From Candidatus Heimdallarchaeota archaeon (GTDB taxonomy: Archaea > Asgardarchaeota > Heimdallarchaeia > Heimdallarchaeales > Kariarchaeaceae): a stretch of DNA of 64,000 nt. Positions 34,299 to 44,109 of the stretch are shown here, one piece after another. The notes under the pieces are model-generated. The model ran no database searches, was not told where the DNA came from, and saw nothing but the letters and a program-made list of their open reading frames with translations. The stretch lies in assembly GCA_030149205.1 (NCBI GenBank), contig JASBSB010000001.1, forward strand, positions 134,357-198,356, written 5' to 3'. The translations under genes were made by a program, and so were the position numbers. The stretch's first letter is position 1; each line of letters begins with the position of its first letter.

Positions 34299-35684
34299 TT
34301 ACAAATTCCAGAATCTAGTACTAAGCAAGATTAAACAAATCAAGCATGTAACAGTGATGAATATTATTTCTGTGACGGTATAACTCGAATTATATGTATA
34401 CTCTGGATGTGAAATACCCCGGAGTTGAATCGCTAGGCTAATCTTACGGAAATAATCATTGGATTGTAAGAAGAGGTTCTTGAACAAAAGGTATTGATGA
34501 TAGAAAACCCTATAATCCCTTGATTTTAAGCTAAATCCGAGATTAATTCCCCTTACTTTAGCTGCTTTTTTCGTTTCACTAAACCACTCAATTTGATCAA
34601 AGATGATTTTGTTTGCAAATAAAACCACTAATAACAGGGTATTCGGTAATTTGAGTTCAAGAATTCCACTCAAAAGTTCATTAACAGACCCCTCAGAATC
34701 TAACAGAATTGATGAGTGAGTAATTGAAGTTAAATACCTTAATCCAAGGGTCATAGTCAGACCTAAGTTATTTAGACTTAGGTAAAAAGTAAATGTGACA
34801 AGGGTGATAATTGGAAGAGAGTAGACGATTCTCTTTACAAAAAAGGATTTAGGACGATAAAGAAAGTATAGAGGGAGAGACAGAACAAAAAGTAGAGATG
34901 CTTGTAAAATAGTTGTACTCACCCCAAGTGTGATCAAAATAGTAAAAGTCATAATGATTTTGAGTTTTCTACTGATTAGATGTTTATCCTCTGTCAAGTT
35001 ATCAGAAAGAGGGGGATTATCTTTTGAAAATGATGGTAACGATTGAAGCAATAGTTTATTTTCTTGGAATCGCAGTTTAGTCTCTTTTGAGGTGTAAAAC
35101 AAATTAAAAGCCACAATTGAAAGCACCCCCTCTAGAAGGGCAGCTAAGCTTATCCAGATTAAAAGGATAAGAAGTATTGAGGAATCAATCTGTAAATTTG
35201 ATAAATACAATTCAACTAGTATTATCAGAAATTGTGAATAAATAAAACCAACTGCTGTGATAAAAACAAGAAGAGATTTTAACTTCCTCGGTTTCACTCT
35301 AAGAAGAAGAGTTCTTAATGGAACAACCCAAATTATTGTTGTAATTATTAAGTTCATCCCTTGTACACCCACGGAGCCTAAAAACCCAGGAATTAATAAA
35401 CTGGTAATGAAAATTGAAACTAAGCTTACTAAAATCCCCCGAAAAATTCCAAGTATTAATATTGCCGCTGGGATCCCTGTTAGACCAATTGTGACAGGGA
35501 ATCCTAAAAAGGGGATATTGGCTAGTTGAAGTATTATTTCAAGAGAAACTAGTAACCCCATTTTACTGTAATCTAAAACTTCATAATTTTTTCTTTTGAC
35601 AGTTAAAATCAAAAGTATGATGATGTAAGTTACCCAGCCTATTATGATTAACTCACTAGAATATAATCCGTCAGGTATCCTCAC
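34299..35684 (-). CDS. CbiM/NikM-like substrate-capture component fused to a CbiQ/EcfT-like T component
   Basis: The N-terminus MRIPDG compares with the canonical MHIPDG of CbiM/NikM. The protein has more than 10 TM helices. The C-terminal half carries a T-component Arg motif (AAKVRGINLGF). Confidence 0.6.
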   Translation of the reverse strand: MRIPDGLYSSELIIIGWVTYIIILLILTVKRKNYEVLDYSKMGLLVSLEIILQLANIPFLGFPVTIGLTGIPAAILILGIFRGILVSLVSIFITSLLIPGFLGSVGVQGMNLIITTIIWVVPLRTLLLRVKPRKLKSLLVFITAVGFIYSQFLIILVELYLSNLQIDSSILLILLIWISLAALLEGVLSIVAFNLFYTSKETKLRFQENKLLLQSLPSFSKDNPPLSDNLTEDKHLISRKLKIIMTFTILITLGVSTTILQASLLFVLSLPLYFLYRPKSFFVKRIVYSLPIITLVTFTFYLSLNNLGLTMTLGLRYLTSITHSSILLDSEGSVNELLSGILELKLPNTLLLVVLFANKIIFDQIEWFSETKKAAKVRGINLGFSLKSRDYRVFYHQYLLFKNLFLQSNDYFRKISLAIQLRGISHPEYTYNSSYTVTEIIFITVTCLICLILLSTRFWNL

Positions 35685-35747
35685 AGTGTATATTCTTTAG
35701 ATAGTTTGATTTTTAAGACGTTGTATGAAAAATTATTGAAATTCCTT

Positions 35748-38036
35748 TTATCCAGAAGAACCCATGATCAACGTTTGGAGTGTATCAATTAATATTTCAA
35801 ATGGGAAGGGTTCTGTCTTAACCCTGTCTCTCGTGGATTGTTCCATGTTTGCGAACATTGTCCCAATTGAATATACCTGTTGGGCTGTTCCTTCTGCATC
35901 AGGAGCTCCACTGGCACCTACTTGATCTGCACTAGAGTAAGCCAAGTCTTTGGCACTAGACCAGTTTGATATGGCTTCAGAATAATTTTTGTTAAGAGTT
36001 GCAACAGTTGCATTTAGTGCCTTTTCAATTGCTTCGATAAAGCTAATTGCACCAGTTAAGTTGCCCTTTAAGACTTTGAAAAAATCCCAGTTCACAAGAG
36101 AACCTCTAATTATTATGGGTGCTTGATTCTTTAACACTGCATCCAAGGCTACCAGAATATCTGAGAGTGCGGATTTAAAGGTATCGAGTTCCATTATGTC
36201 ATAAGCCATAATCCCCGGCTTTCCAGAACCCTTTCCTAAAGCGGAGCTCTCTATCAATACTGCAATTTTGTTAATGAAGGTGAACTGGATAAGAGCAGAC
36301 CTAAGCTGAATCTCAGCGATTAACCCCCTTAGGAGAGCATTTTTTGCAATTGGTTTTAATACGGTCTCAATTGTCTCCTGTAATGGCCCGGTGTTGTCCT
36401 TGGTACAATAGGAAATTGCATCAAAAATTAAAAAGTAAGATTTAGCCCTCATCATTAATTCTTTAACCGGGTTAGAACCAAATTCATTTTCTGCGATTGA
36501 TTGGATTTGGATTGCTTCAGTTGCTTCATTAATGGCATATAATTCTGCGACTGCCTGATCAGTGAATTCGCTTTGGTTAGGAAGTAGGAGAAATGAAACT
36601 AGAAGTAGATCAAGATGTCTGTTTATGTGAGTTAGTTGGCTGGGAGGTAACCCCTGTTTGAGAGCTTGCATCCACTGTGTTGTTAAGTGTTGAAAGGCCA
36701 CCTTAAGCCTCTCCTCCAAGGAATTGAACCGACTATTTATGAATTCCAAGTCTTTTTTACTGTTCTCTCCGTTTTCTTCATCTGCGATATGAGACACATA
36801 CGCAAATATATTATCATAAATCAAGGGAAAAGTCGATATAAACTGCAAATCTCCTTTTCCAAGCATTTCTTGTATGAGATTCTCTGAGTCTTTGATTTGT
36901 TTTTTGATACTCTTGAAATCCTTTTTCTGTATTAATTCCTCGATCCCTTTATATTTAATGTTAAGCTCGCAGATGGATTTGGAAAGGAAAAACAACTCAC
37001 GCTCTTCTTCAAGTGTATATTCAGTCCATCCATCAATGACCTCAAGTAATGCAGCTGGATCGTCCTCAGAAACGTTTATTAGGTTAAATGCCATTTGGAA
37101 GTAACTTCCAGCAGATTCTAAGTCTTTTGACGAAAGGGCATTAATTGCTAGAGTCTTGTAATGTTGAGCTAAATACGCGTTTGCAAGAAGTTCGGCACGT
37201 ACATGGTTAGCATCATAGACATCCAATATCTCTTTAGCCAAATCAGATGTAGTTTTCTCCAAGTTGTCTTTCATTGACTCCATATGGTTTAATGCATGAG
37301 ATACCATGGAATGCATTACGATTGGGTCTTGCCACCACCAACTAGTCAGACCAGAGGATAAACGTTTAAGCACGACAGTTAACAAGAAGTTGAATTGACC
37401 CATGTCATAAGTGCTTAGGAGTTGAGCTTTCTCTTCATTGAATGTTTTTGGGTCATAAATTTCACCTAAATAATTTAACCGTTTTTGGATTTGGTATAAC
37501 CTCAACAGTTCAATTAAGGAGGATAGTGCTTCTGGAGTGAACGAGGGTTGATCCTTAAAAGCTAATAATGTTAATTCATCTAACTTTAGTTTAGTATTAA
37601 CATATCCCTCTGTTTTTTTGTAAAGATTTGACTCTTTTAGAATTCCACTTCTCATCATAGTGGCATATGCATATCCCATTACATTTATATCAAACCAAAA
37701 ATCGGTAATAGATTGAATTCTTTTGAAATCTTCAGGTTTAACTTTTTCAGGAGACCTTTTCAATTCATCAATTATTCTATTGTATAATGATTCTGTTAAA
37801 TCCATTACAGATAACAGGTGTTCTACCACAGTCTGAGAAAAGTCATTCCAATCTCTTGCAATCTCACTTGTTTCATCTATATCAAGATAATTCTTGTATA
37901 ATAATTTATTTGCGTTAATCAATGATTCAAATTTCGAAAAAACAAGTCTTTCATCTAATTGAAACTTTAAATCCATCACTAGAATAATAGGATACTCTTT
38001 TTTTAATGTTTGGTAGTTTCTAATGTAATTCTGCAA
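35748..38036 (-). CDS. Large hypothetical all-alpha protein (762 aa)
   Basis: Uninterrupted ORF with helical-repeat-like composition. No recognisable motif. Confidence 0.5.
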   Translation of the reverse strand: MQNYIRNYQTLKKEYPIILVMDLKFQLDERLVFSKFESLINANKLLYKNYLDIDETSEIARDWNDFSQTVVEHLLSVMDLTESLYNRIIDELKRSPEKVKPEDFKRIQSITDFWFDINVMGYAYATMMRSGILKESNLYKKTEGYVNTKLKLDELTLLAFKDQPSFTPEALSSLIELLRLYQIQKRLNYLGEIYDPKTFNEEKAQLLSTYDMGQFNFLLTVVLKRLSSGLTSWWWQDPIVMHSMVSHALNHMESMKDNLEKTTSDLAKEILDVYDANHVRAELLANAYLAQHYKTLAINALSSKDLESAGSYFQMAFNLINVSEDDPAALLEVIDGWTEYTLEEERELFFLSKSICELNIKYKGIEELIQKKDFKSIKKQIKDSENLIQEMLGKGDLQFISTFPLIYDNIFAYVSHIADEENGENSKKDLEFINSRFNSLEERLKVAFQHLTTQWMQALKQGLPPSQLTHINRHLDLLLVSFLLLPNQSEFTDQAVAELYAINEATEAIQIQSIAENEFGSNPVKELMMRAKSYFLIFDAISYCTKDNTGPLQETIETVLKPIAKNALLRGLIAEIQLRSALIQFTFINKIAVLIESSALGKGSGKPGIMAYDIMELDTFKSALSDILVALDAVLKNQAPIIIRGSLVNWDFFKVLKGNLTGAISFIEAIEKALNATVATLNKNYSEAISNWSSAKDLAYSSADQVGASGAPDAEGTAQQVYSIGTMFANMEQSTRDRVKTEPFPFEILIDTLQTLIMGSSG

Positions 38037-38060
38037 TCTTGAGATAATTCTTAGGGATAT

Positions 38061-38360
38061 TTATTTCTTGAATTTAACTAATTCTTCTTGTGGGTCTATT
38101 TGAGCAACGTATTGCCCATCTTTTAGCCATTGAATTGGGACAATTTGAAACCTTCCATTATTGAATTGCCGTCTAATTCCAATAGGTAGTACTCTTGCAT
38201 TCAACTCTTCAGTGGCGAGTTTGATGGGGGGCAAACTGATATTTTCCATCTGCATGAGTACAGGAGCTCCATAACTAATTTGTAGCGCTCTTGCTCCAAC
38301 AATTCTGGCTCTTTCATACCTAGTAAGATATGGTGGTCCAACCTCAACCTTATCAGACAA
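38061..38360 (-). CDS. rpoK: DNA-directed RNA polymerase subunit K (Rpo6 / RPB6 homologue)
   Basis: [24 protein letters not shown] ... PIKLATEEL ... LPIGIRR. TTG start. Confidence 0.9.
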   Translation of the reverse strand: MSDKVEVGPPYLTRYERARIVGARALQISYGAPVLMQMENISLPPIKLATEELNARVLPIGIRRQFNNGRFQIVPIQWLKDGQYVAQIDPQEELVKFKK

Positions 38361-38643
38361 AATCTCTTTAGAAATTAACCTTCACCTAATAGTTGAATAT
38401 AACATGCTTGTTTTTAACTTTTGCAAAGCTTTCAACACAAATTGAAAGGATGTCCCATTGACCTCAAAACAGAGATATAATTTTTTCTATTTTTTTGCCC
38501 ATTTTCATAAATTATTGCCTCAAAAACCGGTTTTTTTCTAAATATTTCCTCAATTTAAACATATTCAAAAAAAAACAGAGAATTTATTACGAAAATCACG
38601 TAAGTAGAATGGATATTATAAGCACTGTAAAATTTAGTCACTT

Positions 38644-40047
38644 ATGTCTAGGGTAATTTCTCATCTACTAAGAGATATATCCAGCTTAACAAGATACCAT
38701 CAGGATGCATCTTCAAGGTTATGCTTTCTACTTGGTGCAAGAGAAGCAATAAGATTAATGATGGCTGTTAAAGATGCAGCAGAAAATCAATTTCTTATAT
38801 TAAATGTTCCACCCAAAGAAAAAAACATGGAGAGAGTAATGGAGAAGGTCATAAAGGAAATCAAGATTCAAGGTTATGAGTTTGAATTGAGAGAAGACTT
38901 AGGCAATGTTATAAGCATAAAGACCCGAGATCGAAAACTTGAACTTGAAAGAAGAATTGAAGAGGCCGAAAACGAAGAAGAGAAGAGTGAGATCCTTAAC
39001 AGGTTTGATATTGAATATGTTAAGCAGAAGGGAATTCCCACAGCAGTTGTTCGAAGGGAAGCATCAATTGCTGCCTCATTAGGCGCCTCTATTGTCTCTG
39101 GAGATATTCTACAGGATTCAAATATTCAACCACAACAGGAAGTTGTGATTCAAAACATCTACTATGACATTGTTGCTTATGGTATAGCTGAGCTAAGCAG
39201 TGAAGAGATAAAAAGATCTCCAAGAAGAATTGCCATCAGAACACTAGAAGGAAGGTTTGACACCTTTAATGTTCATCATCAAAAAAGGTTCAGGAATGGT
39301 CTTTACTCCGTCACAACTTTACCTAGAATTTTAGGTTTAAATTTGCTCAAATTTAAAAAATCTACTCCTGCAAACGTCTTGGTTATCGCAGAGGATAAAG
39401 GTGAAATTGCAGTTGAGCTTTTTAAGAAAGTACCTGAAGAATCACAAATTGCTATCGTCATCAATAATGACGCCCACCGAAGAGATGTGGTGGAGACAAT
39501 AGAACGACTGGGATTTGAAGAAAGCAACTTTAAATTCATCATTGATGGGATCGATAGATACGCTAAAAGCAGACCAAGGCGAAAATTTACACACTTCTTT
39601 ATTGAGTTTCCTTCATCAAACACGGGTATCCGACCTAACCCCTTTGTTGATTTAGAAGAAAAGAATATCATCAGCTATGCCAGAGGACAATTTCAGGGTA
39701 TACGTGCATTATCATTGCTTGGAACAAACGAATCACAGGTTGCTTATGTTTCCCATTCGATAGATCCAAGTGAAAATGAAGATATTGTGGTTCAATCGTT
39801 CAGGCAGGGTTACTTTTCACCTTTGGTTTTAACTGATGAACTAAGAAAAACCTATCCAATAATAATGCGAGCACTTCCAGAAATTCCCACAATTTCTCAA
39901 GGAGGAACAATTGATGGTTCCAGATTAAAGCAAGAAGAAATGTTTGCCTCCTGCTGGTTAGCAGTGGATCCGGAGATCCATAAATCAGATGCAGGGTTTG
40001 TTGCTTACTTTGAATTACTCCTTAAACCGAGTGGAAGAAGAAGATGA
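38644..40047 (+). CDS. Nop2/Sun (RsmB/Trm4)-like protein with PUA-like insert, predicted catalytically dead
   Basis: Colinear with m5C RNA methyltransferase motifs but degenerate. The SAM loop reads VIAEDKGEI (canonical DxCAAPGGK). Motif IV reads IEFPSSNTG (canonical DAPCSGTG). Motif VI reads YVSHSIDPSENE (canonical YSTCSxxxEENE). Confidence 0.5.
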   Translation: MSRVISHLLRDISSLTRYHQDASSRLCFLLGAREAIRLMMAVKDAAENQFLILNVPPKEKNMERVMEKVIKEIKIQGYEFELREDLGNVISIKTRDRKLELERRIEEAENEEEKSEILNRFDIEYVKQKGIPTAVVRREASIAASLGASIVSGDILQDSNIQPQQEVVIQNIYYDIVAYGIAELSSEEIKRSPRRIAIRTLEGRFDTFNVHHQKRFRNGLYSVTTLPRILGLNLLKFKKSTPANVLVIAEDKGEIAVELFKKVPEESQIAIVINNDAHRRDVVETIERLGFEESNFKFIIDGIDRYAKSRPRRKFTHFFIEFPSSNTGIRPNPFVDLEEKNIISYARGQFQGIRALSLLGTNESQVAYVSHSIDPSENEDIVVQSFRQGYFSPLVLTDELRKTYPIIMRALPEIPTISQGGTIDGSRLKQEEMFASCWLAVDPEIHKSDAGFVAYFELLLKPSGRRR

Positions 40048-40102
40048 AATCAAGGTTACTTATACATTTATTCAAATAGGAATTTACCATAGGTCACTTA
40101 GA

Positions 40103-40819
40103 ATGACATTATCTTTAGTGAACGAGGAAGATTCAAACGATGTCATTTCTCCAATATTAAAATCATTCCTTGCAAAAGATTTGGCAGAGGATATCGGAGA
40201 AACACTCCTAGACATGATAAAGTTTAATGAGGTTTCCTTGTATAAGATTTCAAATGATAAGAAATTAATTGGATTCCTGATCCTAAATGAACAGATGGAT
40301 TTTGATGATGATGATAAACCGTTTAAACTATTAGTCATAGATGAAATTTGGGTCTTACCTGATGTTGACACAGACGATTCTTCTCTTCAAGAGATACCTG
40401 GAGAGGTCCTTAAAATTGCAGAAACTAAAAAAATTAAATTTATTGAGATTGTTGTTAACGAAGGAAACATGTGGTTGAATAGATTCTTAGAAGAACAAGG
40501 ATTCTTAATAAGGGAAATACAAGGAAGAAAAATTGTGCCACATCCAGATTATGTAGCCGACATCATGTCACTTATTGAGAGCACATTACCTGATGTGGAT
40601 AAACTTGTTGAACTTTCATTTTCAAAAGATGATGAGAACATCAACGAATTTGGCATCAGTACAGATGAGATAATTGAGTACCGTAATGAGGGATGGATAC
40701 CTGAATTAGTCAATGTTTATTACGAGGTCAATTCAAAGGATGCAAGTAAAATAATTTCTGAGACCAGTCAAATTATTAATTGGGATGAGATTCAGGTAGT
40801 ATTTAAGAATATACAATAG
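40103..40819 (+). CDS. Hypothetical protein, GNAT-acetyltransferase-like N-terminal half (tentative)
   Basis: IGFLILNEQ...LLVIDEIWVLPD...IKFIEIVVNEGNMWLNRFLEEQGF has a GNAT-like strand/helix order. The start is moved to the ATG at 40103, because the track start at 39989 overlaps the previous gene. Confidence 0.4.
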   Translation: MTLSLVNEEDSNDVISPILKSFLAKDLAEDIGETLLDMIKFNEVSLYKISNDKKLIGFLILNEQMDFDDDDKPFKLLVIDEIWVLPDVDTDDSSLQEIPGEVLKIAETKKIKFIEIVVNEGNMWLNRFLEEQGFLIREIQGRKIVPHPDYVADIMSLIESTLPDVDKLVELSFSKDDENINEFGISTDEIIEYRNEGWIPELVNVYYEVNSKDASKIISETSQIINWDEIQVVFKNIQ

Positions 40820-40828
40820 GTGAGCTAA

Positions 40829-42430
40829 TTGGAAACTGATGAAAAGGTCACACATTGGACCGATAAGATAATTGATGAAGCTACGACAAAATTTGGTGGG
40901 AAGCATGTGATTATGGGAGGGTGGTCTCCCTCCGGAATTTTTCATATTGGAAATTCTAGAGAGATAATCACAGCAAATGCAATTAATAGAAAATTAAAGG
41001 ATTTAGGAATAACCTCAAATTTTGTTTTTGTAATTGACGATTTTGATGGACTAGAAAAAATTCCATCAACCCTAAAAAAATATAAAGGAAGCTTAAAAGA
41101 ATATATTGGTCATCCCTTATGTAGGGTTCCTGATCCAACTAAGCAATTTGCCTCATATAGTGAATTGTTTGCAAGTAGTCTCAAAGCAGCATGTAAAGAA
41201 TGGAACATTGATGTAGAGTTTTTAAATGCCTCTGACCTTTACAAGGAAGGAAAATATGATAAATTTTACAGTCTATATTTACAGAACTACCAGAAAGTTC
41301 AGGAGATCTTAAAGGATGTATCCGGGTCTGAATTATCCTCTTTTCTGATTGTCATTTGTCCGAACTGTGGTTCAAATAAGTCAACTGAGGTTCTCAAGAT
41401 GGATGATACCAAGATAAGTATAAAATGCCAAACATCAGGTCAATACAAAGGGTGTAACACCACGAGTGAAGTTTCCGTTGAGAGTCACGAGTGGAAATTG
41501 AAATGGAGATTAGATTGGCCTGCTAGACAAACATTTTGTGGTGTGACTATTGAACCTGCAGGTAAAGACCACTCTGTAGAAGGTGGATCCATAGATACCT
41601 CAATAGCCATCCATCGAGAAATATTAAACCATCAACCACCAGTCATGCCAAGGTATGGCTTCATTACTATTAACGGGAAAAAAATGAGTGGTAGCTCAGG
41701 GTTAGGATTACCAGTGGAAAAATTAAGTGAGATTGTTGATCCTAGCAGTTATTTATACCTGGTCTACAAAACTAACTTGACTAGAGATGTTGATTTTGAT
41801 TATAAGAGCATGAACTTACTAAATCTGATTGATGAATACATAGGTATCTGGAGGGATGAACTCTTTGGGGACAAATATGAAGGAACTACTCAACAGGTTA
41901 CTAAACTAAAGGCTGCGTTTTTGTTAACTAAAACCCCTTACCATGAGAAAAATAACCCATTATACATTAAAATGACTGAATTGTTGTTGTTGTACCAAAT
42001 TAGCTTGGAAAATTGGGATAGACTTCTAGATAAGCTAAAAAGCTTAGGAAAGTTAGAAGAGGATATTTCTCTGGAAGAGCTTTCTCTAAGACTTAAAAGA
42101 GCAATGAATTGGTTAAATACATATGGGCCAGATAACCTTAAATTTAAAATAAATGAAATTCCACCTGAAGGGGTCAACAAATATTGGACTAAGACTTACA
42201 AAGACATCTGGTTAGAGACTCTTAATACCCTTGATAAGAACAGTACCAAGGATGATATCTCAACTATATTGAGAGCAAAAGCAAACGAAAAACAGGTCCA
42301 ACCAAAGGAGTTGTTCAAACCCTTCTATCAACTGATTATCAGTAAAGACCGTGGCCCTAATGCTTCTCAATTGATTGTGTCATTGGGTTCTGAAACAGTC
42401 CTTAAGTTAATTTCTAAAATCGAAGTCTAA
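40829..42430 (+). CDS. lysK: Lysine--tRNA ligase, class I
   Basis: SPSGIFHIGNSREI (HIGH-type), DDFDGLEKIP, a Zn-binding insert CPNCG...C...C, and KMSGSSG (KMSKS-type). TTG start. Confidence 0.9.
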   Translation: METDEKVTHWTDKIIDEATTKFGGKHVIMGGWSPSGIFHIGNSREIITANAINRKLKDLGITSNFVFVIDDFDGLEKIPSTLKKYKGSLKEYIGHPLCRVPDPTKQFASYSELFASSLKAACKEWNIDVEFLNASDLYKEGKYDKFYSLYLQNYQKVQEILKDVSGSELSSFLIVICPNCGSNKSTEVLKMDDTKISIKCQTSGQYKGCNTTSEVSVESHEWKLKWRLDWPARQTFCGVTIEPAGKDHSVEGGSIDTSIAIHREILNHQPPVMPRYGFITINGKKMSGSSGLGLPVEKLSEIVDPSSYLYLVYKTNLTRDVDFDYKSMNLLNLIDEYIGIWRDELFGDKYEGTTQQVTKLKAAFLLTKTPYHEKNNPLYIKMTELLLLYQISLENWDRLLDKLKSLGKLEEDISLEELSLRLKRAMNWLNTYGPDNLKFKINEIPPEGVNKYWTKTYKDIWLETLNTLDKNSTKDDISTILRAKANEKQVQPKELFKPFYQLIISKDRGPNASQLIVSLGSETVLKLISKIEV

Positions 42431-42455
42431 TGTTTTTAGTTAAATTTTACTAATT

Positions 42456-43553
42456 CTAGTAAGATGGAGGTAAAATTTGATCAATTTTTGAAATATATTC
42501 CCTTAATTCTTCGTTAATCTCTTTCACTTCAATCCTGTCTTTAACCGTGATTTCAAGTTTGTTCACTATTTCATCCAACCCTTGGATTATATTTCTTACT
42601 GCTTCCTGATTTAGTTGGTTGTTTTCAATAATCTGTTCAACATCAAAATTAATATCTGACCTAATTGTTGAATAGGACTCTGCGAACTTTATAGATAATT
42701 GCTCCAGATTTTTAAATACCTCTCGACTGTTGGATGATATTTCTTGGAATTGTTCTTGTTCAAGATTTGCCGATTCTATAGCAATATTGATTGTGATCAG
42801 ATTCAAGCTTTCTGTAATTTCACGCATTTCTTCAGCCATTTCACCAAATGAAATTTCATATTCCTCTCTCCAAGACTTGGTTTGATTATAAATTTCCCTT
42901 AGATCATTAAGAAAAATCTGTTGATTGGATAAAAACCCTGAAAATTGGTTCAGGAGTTCCTGATAATTAAAGGTTCTTTGGTTTGTCTCACTGATTTTTC
43001 TCTCAACATCATTCACCCTCTCTTTTAATTTGTCAAAATATTGGTTTGCCATGTCAATTCTGTTCGCAATCTCCATGGTTGCCGAGTTGAAGGTCTTGGC
43101 AAACATTCGAAATTCAAAAGCACCCAACTCTATAAATCTAACAAAAAGTGCCTTATTTCCATACATGTCTAAGGCAGCTGTGATTTGTTGTACCGGAAAA
43201 ATTAACTGTTCTTCTACACCTCTTTTGCTGATAATGAAAAACAACAATCCAATAACAATGAGTGACAAACTCAACGCTAAAACGTCCCAACCAGCAATCC
43301 ATGATAAAAATCCATTGCTTGATATAGTGTCAGGAGAAACCAGTCTATTATTGAGCAATTCGAAAATTCCAATCCCTAAAAGAATACCACCTACAAAATT
43401 AAGGAAGGTCAACCTCCTTTCTAACCTCTTTATTCCACCTGATGGGTACTTCATTGAATTTAGGATTGTAAATATTCCTACCACAATTAGCAATAAAAAC
43501 ACAATTACGGCAGTGATTTGAAAGACCATGATTGTTGTTAAGATAATAATCAA
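42456..43553 (-). CDS. Membrane protein with coiled-coil cytoplasmic domain resembling a degenerate methyl-accepting-chemotaxis signalling hairpin
   Basis: Three N-terminal TM helices. ITESLNLITINIAIESANLEQEQFQEISSNSREVFKNLEQLS is colinear with the MCP tip QTNLLALNAAIEAARAGE.GRGFAVVA.EVRKLAE.S, but the tip residues are not conserved. Confidence 0.4.
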   Translation of the reverse strand: MIIILTTIMVFQITAVIVFLLLIVVGIFTILNSMKYPSGGIKRLERRLTFLNFVGGILLGIGIFELLNNRLVSPDTISSNGFLSWIAGWDVLALSLSLIVIGLLFFIISKRGVEEQLIFPVQQITAALDMYGNKALFVRFIELGAFEFRMFAKTFNSATMEIANRIDMANQYFDKLKERVNDVERKISETNQRTFNYQELLNQFSGFLSNQQIFLNDLREIYNQTKSWREEYEISFGEMAEEMREITESLNLITINIAIESANLEQEQFQEISSNSREVFKNLEQLSIKFAESYSTIRSDINFDVEQIIENNQLNQEAVRNIIQGLDEIVNKLEITVKDRIEVKEINEELREYISKIDQILPPSY

Positions 43554-43608
43554 TTAAATTCTTTGGGTGAACCTTATGTGAAAGCTTGATTTACTCTTAT
43601 GAATTGAT

Positions 43609-44067
43609 TTATGTTGATGGTTGGTTCGGACGAATTTTACCTAGATACAAATAAATTATATTTACAATTGCTATAAAGTCGATACTTGATGTTATAAGTA
43701 TTGGAGGATAGAACAATAAGCCTTCATAAATAATCAAAGACATGTTTAATGTCAGATCAAAGACAAACCCCAATAGAAATCCAACACTTCCTATAAGCAG
43801 TGATCTGGTGGATTTCACCCTATCCCAAAATTGAGAAATGATCCCAATGAAAAAAAGCCCAACTAAGGAGACGAGGTAAATAACCTGTCCAATTGTCCAA
43901 GAGAATGTGGAAACATCCAGTATAACCACCAAAATGGAGTAATAGACCAATATTTGTCCTGTATCTGAGGTTTTTAGCCAAAGTATCCATAATCTTTTAG
44001 CCCTTGGAGGAAGGTTCCGTATGAATGTGAGTAGATTTTTGAGGAGAGACCTTAAAATTGACAACAA
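43609..44067 (-). CDS. Hypothetical membrane protein (4 predicted TM helices)
   Basis: ORF with hydrophobic-helix pattern. No motif. Confidence 0.45.
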   Translation of the reverse strand: MLSILRSLLKNLLTFIRNLPPRAKRLWILWLKTSDTGQILVYYSILVVILDVSTFSWTIGQVIYLVSLVGLFFIGIISQFWDRVKSTRSLLIGSVGFLLGFVFDLTLNMSLIIYEGLLFYPPILITSSIDFIAIVNIIYLYLGKIRPNQPST

Positions 44068-44109
44068 TTAAAATTTACTATACACTCTTTTATCTTTTTT
44101 GATGACGAT

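Noticed and set aside
39989-40102. Track start of the GNAT-like ORF at 39989, overlapping the Nop2/Sun-like gene
   Set aside because: The first 38 codons overlap the upstream gene's 3' end and stop region. The ATG at 40103 follows the upstream stop and begins the acidic N-terminus.
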